DNA of 64,000 nucleotides from Laetmonice hystrix (Eukaryota): NCBI GenBank assembly GCA_965235115.1, contig OZ249440.1, positions 19,282,001 to 19,346,000 of the forward strand, read 5' to 3'. Shown piece by piece: positions 22,801 to 34,800 of this stretch (position 1 is its first letter; each line of letters starts with the position of its first letter). The notes under the pieces were generated by a model. It saw only the letters and a program-made list of their open reading frames with translations, ran no database searches and was not told where the DNA came from. The position numbers and the translations under genes were made by a program.

Positions 22801-25800
22801 GCAGACTTCAAACCAAGAAGTCAGTACCATTCTAAGGTTTACTGAGGAGCTACCTACCGGTCACTTGAGACAAGTATCAGACTACCGACCAATACCGATA
22901 AGGACATTGGGACGCGGAGAATTTGATGTTGGTGGTGTACCGTGTCCAAAGGTAGGGTAACCCCCTCCCATCAACGATAAACCACCTATCCCCAGCCTGT
23001 TCAACCTCACGAGGAATGGCCAAATCTGGGGTTCCCTAACACAGACTGCGAGTTGGGCCAGTAAGAATACGTGGAGCAATTACTGGGTTTTCTTTTTATT
23101 GGGCAGATAACAATATAATTGTGGAACAAATTAATGACCCTGAATCATAATTGAATCAATTGAACATGGGTATAACACTAGTTCAACCCAGCTTAAGATA
23201 AAGTGGGAGCATGTTGGCACTCGGTAATAAAAAGCCCTCAGTCACACACACACACACCCATACCACCAGAGGGCGATACTGAGGCACTACACACAAGTCC
23301 AGCTGTGACCGCACTAAGTACCTTTCCTTTATCACCGTGTCGTCGATCCTGTTGGTCACAAATCTGTTTTTTAGAATCTCAGCTGGATGAAAGATATTAT
23401 TCTAATAAACCGAAATCTTAAAACTACAAATCACTTCTTCAGTTCTATCATTTTTGAAAATACAAGAGCTATTTATTCCACATACTTCTGGTTTGAGACG
23501 GATAAGTTTCATGCTAGGTGAAATTGGAAATCATGCAAACTGACTTCTAAAGTTCTTGGAGAAGAAATCAATTACATGCAAATTCAGAATGTGCCAAGGT
23601 GAGAAAACTCTTACAACTAATAAAAATTTACTGTCCATACAAAAAAAACATCCTTTTATCTGATAATACCTTGGTCCGTTTATGATACAATGTTAATATT
23701 TTTTAGTCTAAGGTCAAATGATCAATATTAGTGTCTGTGTATGGATTGCGCTGGGTTTATATGTATCAGCGTGTCCCTGGATTACAAAACTATCAAACTT
23801 TTCAAACTAAAATAGTATGGTTACATTTATGGTCATGTGACATAATCTTATGATTCAAGAACACACCTTAAAGAATGCCTCCTAGCAATAGAACCTTTTT
23901 ATTGAATACATGTACATTTGTACAGCCAAAACATGTCACTCAATAAAATACTTACCGGTTTCTCTTGGGTACCATCAAAGTCATATTCTCCATTCTCCAT
24001 GGCAACGGCTAACTTCTTGGCTGTATTGGATGTGGATATGCAAGCTTGCCTGTATCACCAAGAAACATGATTTAGTATTAGTAAAAAATATATTACCAGT
24101 GGCACAACTATATAACCCTGTAATAACTAAGATATTACAGTTGGTCATTCAATCACAACATAAAAGAATCACTCACGCTCCAGATAAACATCATTATTTC
24201 CATCTTCCAAATGATAACATTTTCTCACAACATTCACATAACTCTCAACCTACCTGAGACATTCATAGGGTCCATTATCATCCCGGCCGTAAACTTTTTC
24301 TGATCCCTCTACTGCCAGCTCCTCCATCTTCTTGGCGGCCAGACCTTGTGCATCTGACCAGAAAATAAATACAAAGTGTTGTATTTTTTATGACACATGG
24401 TATGTTTTTTTTATATCGATACTGTATATTTTGTGCATGTCCATGTAACTCATGTGGAAACACTGGTCGATCCATGTTTTCCAAGGATTGCATGGTAAAA
24501 GAACTGATGAAACCTCTCTTGTCGATCATCAAACCACCTGGTGGGTCTATATTTCCAGTATTATGGCCTATACTTCATACAGTACTGGCCCACTTCCTGA
24601 CGTTTGGTGTCTCATGCCAGATACATGGCATAAATGACCACACCTTCATCATTAGTCAAAACAGTTCATTTGTAATCTGACGTAGATAAAATCATGAACA
24701 AGGTCAAAATAACCTAGTTTTCATCGCAGAAAAGATTTTTAATACCGTACTATCCTATCCTGCCATTTGCTGAGTGTATTTTTTGTTTCATTAGGAAGCG
24801 CTTCATGAGGTCATAATGAGTCATGGCTATGTCTTCTATTTTTCTAAGTAAATGAGCTGACATTAGGTCTTCATGTGAATCAACTAAATACCTAACATGA
24901 CATCAAACATAAACCGAGTACTACAAAAGTTCAAAACAGCATATTATCATCTCAATACAATTAATAAAATGTTGTCATGCAATACACAAATAACGTGTAA
25001 TGAAAGTAAATGACAAGAGTTTATTCTGCATTAATATATTATGGTTCAAAGTTAAATTGGCATGGAAAAATAAGCAAAACAAAAATTCATACCAGTCAAG
25101 CAGAGGTTTTGATGTATTATAGAAGAACTGAGTATGACCAAAATTATAGATAGCTCTCTTCATTTCTTCACTACTTAGTAATCTCTCGAAGCAGCATGCT
25201 AAGTTAGGTGTGCTAAGTTTTCTCTAATCTTTAAAGCAGATTTGTAAAATGAAGCCTCTAATAGTAAAGCCATGCAGAATGGTCGTATACTTAATTCTGT
25301 CATTCATCATTAAATGATGAATTTATAATCAGTGCAAATCACTGAATCCCTACAGTAGCGAATACATTACCCTGCTAAGCCCCAACAAACCGAGCAAATT
25401 AATTAAGGCAAACAACCAAAACAGCGCAGTTGCTTCTGTTTTTCCCCATAAACCTAAAAATTGTTAGCCTAACTTGTGTCTTGAAGATTTCAACATTATG
25501 ATTTTTTTTGCTGAAACAACTGGTGATAGCTCACTAGGCCATTGCTGTGAAATATTTCTATATCTCTCCATTAATTGAATATCCTTGTGACCATAATAAA
25601 GATGACAGCTCAGTTGTCAAAGTTGATATATTGACAGGGAGGTGCAGACCACAAGGTGTCCCATTACCATGGTAATAAAGATAATGCAACCGTCTCAGCA
25701 GGTTGCTGAATAATTTAAAATATTCAAATACCTTTATCTCGAGCTTTAAGAAGAGATCACAGAAAATACTATTTAGAAAGTAAGAGGAAAAGTAATTAAA

Positions 25801-28800
25801 ATCAGTTCGACTGTCATCAAACGATCTTCAAAATCTGCTTGGCGCTGCTGGTAAAATCTGGCCCATTTAACTCCCCACTGATTTGTAAGATTTAAACGGG
25901 CGGCTGACAAAAACCACCATTATACTAATAACTTCCCCTATTATATTACCTACATTAATCTCTAGCCCTGACATAGAAAACAGTCCACAGAAACTAAATG
26001 AAATCTAAGATCTCTTGTACTATACAGAGGAATCTGAAGTGAAGAACATTTGTCATGTATTCACTGACAACATAAAGAAAATTCTAGGCATTCACATCAA
26101 ACTCGCATCTTGATTGGATACTTCAGAACCAATCAGATGCTCGCATTTCAACACATGCAGTTGCCTTGTATCAAAACTGCCGTATTATCCCACCTGGGTC
26201 TTCGTCTTCTTCATCTGTTGGAAAACATGGCGGCAAATAGGGTCAAAGCAAATGATAACAAGCAAAGCATTTTTGTAAAAAGGCTACAGACACTAAATGA
26301 AAATGTGGTCAAAGCAAACGATGTGATGACAGCTAATGTCATGTGCCATGGTGTAAAACATAATCTATCAACCAGCAAATCCCTAAGTCTTGAGTATTTT
26401 TCAGTCGCAGTCTTTTGGCTTTTATAGCTTTAGTAATGTTTTCACTGTTTAAAAGATTTAGTTTCGAATCGTAAATCAACACAGCCAAACACTGCATCAG
26501 GTTATCCTATTTCAAGCTGACTCTTGAAGCATGAAGTAGAATTCTCAGTAGAATTTTGTATGCAAGAAAAACTGGGGATTTGGGTAAGAGCTTTGAAAAA
26601 TGTGAGCATCTGTGCACAAATGAATACTTGTACCCCTGTTAGATTTGTTTGTAAATACCAATACAAACCTTTTCCCACTGTAAAACATCAAACATTAGGT
26701 GTTTAAATGTGGCAAAACTAGATGTACATAAAACTATTCTCAAAAACCACTCATCATTCAAACTAATAATGGCTCGCAGCTCATGCAATGTACACAGCAA
26801 ACATAAACCAAGTATTCCCAAAGGTTATAAAAATAGGACGGTTTGACGCTAACATACGATACATTTTGATGACGGCTTCCTTGAGTATATTTCATAAAAA
26901 AAACTATTGTCTGTATGGTGAAGGACATCCAGTGTGACTTTAGTTGATCTAGCACCTCCTGACCAGTCACTACCACTGTTAACAGAGGAGGATGTACATA
27001 GATAGGATTAATTATACACTGAGCTGACTGTCTGTGAAGTTAATCTGGACAATAAACGTTACTAACCTGTGATGAGAGCAGCCTGTTTCATGGCAGACGC
27101 GCTGATTTCCTTTAGTGTACGCACCACCTTACCAAACGTCTCAAGGCTCAACTCCAACTCCTGCTGAACCTAGATTACAGCAAAACGAAAAGGTACAATA
27201 GAAAAAAACTGGTACCGATCCTGTAGTTTGCAGAGAGTGCAATAAATCTTTCACTGCCACTGTCATTCCTTTCAGTGGAAACTTTACACTAAATTTACTA
27301 CATGGTATAATATACACATTTATTGGTCTTATCCCATGAGAGAAGTACAATGTAGTAGATGCCTGGTGGGAGAGAGAGTATGAAGAGAGAACCAACCTCT
27401 TTACTAAAGGACAGTGGCATGGCTGTGGCTGTGTCCTTCTGTGGAATACGACGCTTGATCTGAAAGAATCCAATCATCAGTCATACCAACCAGGACATCT
27501 GCACCTAGATATATTACATGGGACATCAGTTGTGGCCAGCACTACTTACAGTTCTGTTTACCTGTAGAATTGTGCACTACACTGAATGAATGCACAGAAT
27601 CAACTTCTTCCAATAATCATCATGATAAATTAATATCAAATACTTCTACTGACTCAAACCTCCTTGAGTCCGAGGACAGGGAGGACAGAGCCACAGGTCC
27701 ATTTACCTTCCTTGATGCTAGCTTGATCTCATTGTTGTAATTCTCAATGTCCCGCAGCAAGATCGAAATGTCACTCGTCTCCTGTCCCGGCTAGGGGTCA
27801 CAGAATAAAAGTTCCCATGTAGTACAGACAATACATTCCCCATGTAGTACAGACAATACATTCCCCATGTAGTACAGACAATACATTCCCCATGTAGTAC
27901 AGACAATACATACCCATGTAGTACAGACAATACATTCCCCATGTAGTACAGACAATACATTCCCCATGTAGTACAGACAATACATTTCCCATGTAGTACA
28001 GACAATACATTCCCATGTAGTACAGACAATACATTTCCCATGTAGTACAGACAATACATTACCCATGTAGTACAGACAATACATTACCCATGTAGTACAG
28101 ACATTACATGTAGTACAGACAGACAAAAACTCTGGTTTTTTTATTCAAAAATCTTTCTTCCACCAATTTACATTAAAGACACAAGTCAATGAATCAGATT
28201 TTCCTCTGTTAGTATAAAAATGTTTAATTAGACTAACAGTAGACAAAATCTGCCCTACAGATATGGGTATCAAGTTCTCATAGCGCAATTAAGCTACATC
28301 CATAGTTTGCTTATTATACATGTTAAGTATCACAGCTCTGACTGTTCCAATTTTAGTTTTTCCTTTTCCTAACTATCTGTGGCATACCTGGAGAGCGAGT
28401 TTCAGACGAGAGATATCAACGTGCAGACAGTCGCAGGCAGCCAGCATGACCCGGGTTCGGTCAGCCATCAGGGTCGTGCAATCAACCTTTTCTGCCGACA
28501 GGTGAACCTGGTACAGATGCTGCCAAAGAAAATATTAAATTAAACATTGTGGTTAATTGTTACATAACGCGGCACAGACAACTACAGCTATGCAACAGAA
28601 TCCTGGAGTCTTTGACAACAATCAAAGTATCAATGTGTTATCTGAACTGTTATCTGAACTGTTATCTGGCAAGTGTGATAGGATATTTATTCGATTTACT
28701 TGTTGAAAGAATCTACTGGGGTAGTACACACTCACCTCGAAGTAGTTGATGGACTTCAGAAGTGCATCAATACTAACTGTCTCATCCAACTGAAATATTT

Positions 28801-31800
28801 AAAATTCAATGTCATTTAAACAACCTTTACAATGTGGCAGCCTTTCACATACAGTAAAATAATTATCTTACCGACTCGATTATACCAACAGAACTACACC
28901 AATAGAAGAACAGAGAGTTATGTTTTGAACTTTTGGTATCGACCTGTGAAGACATCTAATAGAACACCTTGATACAACCAATGTCTTTGTTTTACCTGAT
29001 CTTTGCGGAGGAGCTCGATGTAGTGATCGGTTGACTTCTCGTGAATGGCCAGTTCTGGTAGCAGAGTTCCGATCTTCAGAAACAGGTCCACGTTACAAGT
29101 GTTGAGGGCACTGCAATCAATTCAAAGGTCAACAGCTATCAGCTTATATACCGAGCTAGCAGACAATAGCCTACATCCTGTGACTGTGTGAGTCCTTGGT
29201 GGGGCAAGGATATTTAAGTACTGAGGATATTAATGGGGCGAGGCATAGGATCAGGGGCCTACTCTACAACACGTTATGATTCCTACCTATTGTACTGCTT
29301 CAGGCACCCTTGCAGCATACAGAGGTGGTGGATGAAGCTGTTAGCAAAGCTGTAACCATCTGACTTATGGCTCCTTAATACCTGCTCCTTTTCGATCACA
29401 TCAGGCACCTCAAACTTGAAAAATAATATTTCCAAATAAGATGAACAGTGAAGATATCGTTTCATAGAACCTTAATCCTATTGCACTGTGACATTCAAAC
29501 TTTTTCATTATTATTCTTACTATTTGACCTTCATTATGTCTACCGCTGTATAATTTATTATGAACCCTACTCCATTGCCTTCAGGCTTACACCGTCACTG
29601 ACCTTCTCTCTGACTTGTGAGATGAGAAGTTCTGTCTTTGCTATCAGACGCGGTATGAGAAGCAGTACTAGCACTGCGTCATGGTCACCTGTATAAAGTA
29701 ACCCAGGTTAATGTCATCATATAGGTCGTGATCGATGTATAAACAAGCCAATGCTTACTTTAAAAACTTCTTACAGTGTAATCTGCAACTGTAGACTGAA
29801 AACACTAGACCACCTAGATTAGATGATATATGTTGAAAAAAATATCAGTAATAAAGTTGCACACCTCCACGTCGCAGGAAAGAGTCTGGCATGAATGAGC
29901 ACAAGTAGGACACGTGACGGTTTGCCTGCATCACGTCCAATTTCCGCAGCTCCATGTCGATTGCCTGTAGGTAGAAATTTACATTTAGTAAAATTAAAAT
30001 GAAATTCTATTTTCTGGAATAAATAAATCTTCTCTCAATCCATGCTGCATCAACAACCAAATTAATAAATTCATTTTCTGATGCACTTTATTGAATCAAC
30101 TACTAACAAGCAACAACTAACCTTTGCATGTGCCTTGGTCTCGGCAAACTTAGCCTTGAAGTCGAACATCTCAATGGATGGTGTCTGAGCGCCACCTGCT
30201 GGAGTGCCTGTCTCCTGCTTACTCACACGCAAATCTCTATTGCTTTCCTGTCAGTGAAGGTGGAAAAAGCAGATGGAGACTTGAAATTTTATCATAATTT
30301 AGCTTGAAGTGGAGAAACTAGGAGGACGTCTGACAGTGGGTAATACTGCAGAGTTCAAGAAAAAATTACAAAATTTGTTAGGTGTAGACTTGTAGAGAAA
30401 TGTTAAAACATGGCATTTCTGACATAACAAGTTGTGATATTAACCTGAAGCTGAGCCACAAGTTCTCTGAACTTAGAGATAGTATTCTCATAATCAGCAA
30501 TGTGTTCCGTCATAGCCTCCAGCTTGCGATGAGCTTCTGCAGCACGAGCGTTGGCCATGTCCAACTCCTCGCGAAGTTCTAACTCCTCACTCCGCACGTT
30601 CTCCTGGAGCTCATCATTCATCTCACACAGGGTATCCTGTACGACAATCATACAAATGGTACATGACAATAAACCTCACAATAAACTCATCGTATCGTCC
30701 TCGTATCTTAGGATGATGATGAGGAATAAACTTCAAAATAGGAAATGCTTCCCTCACTATTCAGTCACGTCAGTACCCGTCAATTTTTAACAATTGTAAT
30801 GACAAAAATAAAGGTCTTTTATCATTAAGCATAACTTTTGAGCTGATGTAGCTCTATCCTGTAATGAATAGTGATATCAAATACTCCAGTTCTGCCACCT
30901 GGTGACTATTGTACAAACCAGGTCAGCCTTCTCCTCCTCCAGTTCATTGATTCTCTCCTCCTGTTGTAGAGTTTTCTCGGTCAGATGTTCCACCATTTCC
31001 TCAGCTCCCTGAGCGGCGTCTACCTGTTCCTTGAGGTCAATGATCTGATCATTGACAGCTTTCAGCTCAGTCGTCAGACGCTCCTGAAGGTCAAAATGTC
31101 AAACAATCTTATCTCAGACACGAAAAAAACACGAAAAAAAAATTACCGGTATAATATTTCTTGACAAGGATTTTCTACAAAATAATTCTACTACATGACA
31201 GTTGATATTTCCTAATTAAAAATTCCCCATGTAAACATATTCGCGACATTTCATCAACTTTTCCCATCAGTTATTCTGGCTGACCTTATCCTTCTGTAGA
31301 CTGCTTGCGTCCGACATAAGTTTCTCCATCTGTTTCTGGTTGCGTATGGCCTCCTGTTTCTCATGGTTGGCTAGGTCACGCATCTTTACGATCGCTTCCT
31401 TCAGCCTTTCATTCTGCTGCTCCAACTGTTTCACCTGGTCAAACGATACCAAACACCAGGTCAGAGCAGTGTTAGTGAAACGTGATCACAAAATGATTTA
31501 AACTTGAATGGCCAAATCCGAATCTAGGTGGCCATCATGTTGGTGATTCATCTGAACTGACTGAAATATCTGTTCACAATACCAGCAGGTCTTAGCGCAC
31601 TTTCTGTCTAGATCTTCATAAATCTCTCAGCTCTGAACTGGCAGGACATCTGCCTCAGAAAACTTGGCTGGGGTTGTGAGGTACATGCCACAGATTTAGC
31701 TGTTTAAAATACTGTGTTAACTTACCTGGTGGTTAGTGACAACACCCTCTGTGCCAGCCTGGCCTGATTCCTCGTAGATCTGGAGGTCAAGGGTTAATTC

Positions 31801-34800
31801 CTCCAACTTCTCCTTGAGTTGATCCACTTCCGCCTGCAAGGCCTCAGCCTGGAAGATAATGGGTTGTCATCAGCAAAAACAAAAACAGCAATAAAGCTAT
31901 CAATGTCAAAGACAGGTTGTGAAGTGCAATCAGATCTTTACTTCTTGTACCCTTGTACTCAAACTTCCTTCTACTAAACTGTAAACATGAAAGAAAAACG
32001 TGATGGTAAGTTTTACACGTTTGGCTGGCACCACTTTTTGCAGAAATCTCAAGAAGTCAGAAACCAATTAACTTAATCTAATGCTCACCCGCTCCTCGGC
32101 CATTTCCTTGTCCAGGAGACCAATTTCAACTGTTTCCGAGAGATCTGCCATGTCATCCTTGTACCTGTCAAACGCTTCTTGTATCTCGCTACATTCCTAG
32201 ACGAAACACACAGACAACAGTTGAATGAAATGGCTGGCAGGTAAATCCTCCCCATTCTCAACACCAGAATGTCATCTTGATTCACAGCAGACCAGTATAA
32301 ACATCTGACGCTACCTTTTTGGAGTTCTGTAGAGCTCTCATCATTTCCTTCTGGTTTTCTTGCATGCTTGACTTGTATTCTTGGAGCTAGAATAGAATAG
32401 AAAAACATCAGCCCATTGCTTACAATCGTTGGAACTGAAAGCAATATCGAACTGTTTACAATTCAGCATAAATTTTCACATGAAAATTGTCATGCCACAT
32501 TGCTAGCACCCACCTGATGTAACTGTATCTTGACCTTCTCAAACTCTTTCAGTTTGACCTTGTCTTCAGCCCGTTTGACCTTGAGGGTCTCAAGTTTCTC
32601 CTCAAGGTCCTTGATCTCAGCTCGGAGTCCTTCGATTTCCTGCTGTTGCTGCATGTTTTCCATCCGACTGCCGAGGTCCATGGACATGGAGCTGATATCT
32701 GCTGCGCTTACCTTCATTCATCATATCACAGTATAGTTTAACATTTGAAGTTCAAGAAAAAAAGGTCACATCTTGGCGCCAAATTTCACCTGTGTCAAAT
32801 TATCAGCATGTTAATTTTGGAACATGAGTTCGGGTGCTGGCTAGGCATACCTACAATATATATTTCAACTCAGTACCTCAGCATAAAAATTTTCCACCCT
32901 ACTCTTTAAAATTATAATGTCCTTTTTATCACATCTACCCAGCAAACCAAGTACCTGTGAGATGGATGGCTTCTCTGTGACTGGTGATTTCTGTGGCGTT
33001 TCTCTGCGCATCATGGTGGTTTGTGCTGGCACTGGTGTCGACACTGGGGCCGTCTCCCGTGCCGGACTCCGACTTGAATCCGTACCTTTGGGAGTCGTGG
33101 CCCCTGACCCTGCACCACTTGACAAGCTTTCATTGCCTGGAAGCAAGGTCATTGGTGCATTAAATACACATTCAAAGAATTATACAATTAGGAGCCACAC
33201 AAAAATGACTCCATGAACAGGTAGAAAACTTTTACCGTTAACTCTCAAAAATGCTGCTTATTTTTTACTGCAATATTTTTCACACAGATTAATCTTCAGA
33301 ACTTTCACATATTAACTTAAGGGACGCTTCTTTTGTTCCTTTGTGCACAGTTGTCTGAGAAGTATCTACTCGTACAAGGTCCTGGAGAATAATGAAGAAG
33401 GAAAGCAATAACAAAACCCAAGGAACGTACATCAATGTATAGAATCGGAATTAAAAAGATAAAAAGACATAACCTCCTTAGAAACTTGATCTCGATGCAG
33501 GCAAGGTCATAGAGGTACCAGTTTGTGTGAAATATAAAGACATTGAAATCTGGTCCTCGTGCACCCCCTTAAACATTGCAATCTCCCAGTCTGATTCATG
33601 GCGTCATTTGGGGGCTTCTTACTAGAGGAAAGGAAGCAGGGAAACTGTGCAAAGATAAAGGCATGTACCGGTATGTCATGACAGACTAAGTACATTGTAT
33701 ACCAAAACTCTGATCACCGGGTACAGTCAATGCAGTAGTCATTTCAAAGGAGCATTCTTGTATCAAGGATTCAAGGTAAATCCCACCTAATCAGGTATGG
33801 GAAGAAGTGTCAAAAAGATTCTCTGGACATTCTTACTGACTAACGAGATACTGGAGATCCCAAAGGTGCATGCATGTGTAGAATTCTAGCGAGTTTTCCG
33901 ACGCTGTATCAAGACACTGCCAAACTTAAAGATTTCTCAAACCAAGAGAGTCAGTGGTGGGCGGGTTATAATAGGGTGAAGTCAGTCTAACAGGGTGTGT
34001 TGTCTGAGGGTTCATTAAACACCCCCTCAACGTGTCTCCCTCTCGCTGCCAATCATGCTACTTCACCCAAAAGTCACTGGATCTTTGACCTAGAGAGGGC
34101 TCAAAAAATCATCAATAATAAATAAATTAAAGAGCTTCTTTCAATAAAATGTCCAGTTATTATTATTGCGAGTAAAGACTTTTTTCCCCAGGAGACAGTC
34201 TCAGGCACCACTGATTTAAAAACCTGCAGGAATCAAAATATTCTTAGTCAATTTTTAAAAAGAATATTCTTAGCAAGCAAGACCTGCTTTCCCGAAAGAC
34301 TTCCAGGCTCCAAGCTCAAGATCTGCATTATTCTTAACTGTCTTCTAGAACTTTATTTTGTTAATAGTCCACAGAATGAGCTTAAACTTTACAGCCTGCT
34401 GGCCCGCCCCTGTCCCGCCCTCTAGCAATCCGTGTACTGTCTCCAACATGAAGCCTCTCATGCCGGTAACATGCCTTGCAGCCAATGCTAATTGACATCG
34501 TTCACTACGGTCAAATTCAAGTACATACTTGAGGACACTTTCTTTTTCTTTTTCCCACCTGCAACAGGATTATTGTTATGTTAGGACGAAACTCCCGCTC
34601 ACCTCGTTAGACAGTGTACGCCACAATTCATTGAAATATCTGACCTTAACGTAACACATTGTACATGGTTAGTCTCAACACAGAAATATCTGACCTTGAC
34701 TTAACACATTGTACATGGTTAGTCTCAACACAGAAATATCTGACCTTGACTTAACACATTGTACATGGTTAGTCTCAACACAGAAATATCTGACCTTGAC

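Noticed and set aside
22858-23035. AG/GT-bounded segment in a DCTN1 intron ([19 protein letters not shown]..)
   Set aside because: 178 nt with stops in all three frames before the strong donor and no homology recognised. A poison exon cannot be excluded.
25760-25885. Open reading after an acceptor ([24 protein letters not shown]..) as an alternative DCTN1 exon
   Set aside because: No convincing donor and no similarity to dynactin.
27718-28126. Repetitive ORFs (MYCLYYMG.., CIVCTTW..)
   Set aside because: Translations of the 25-bp minisatellite.
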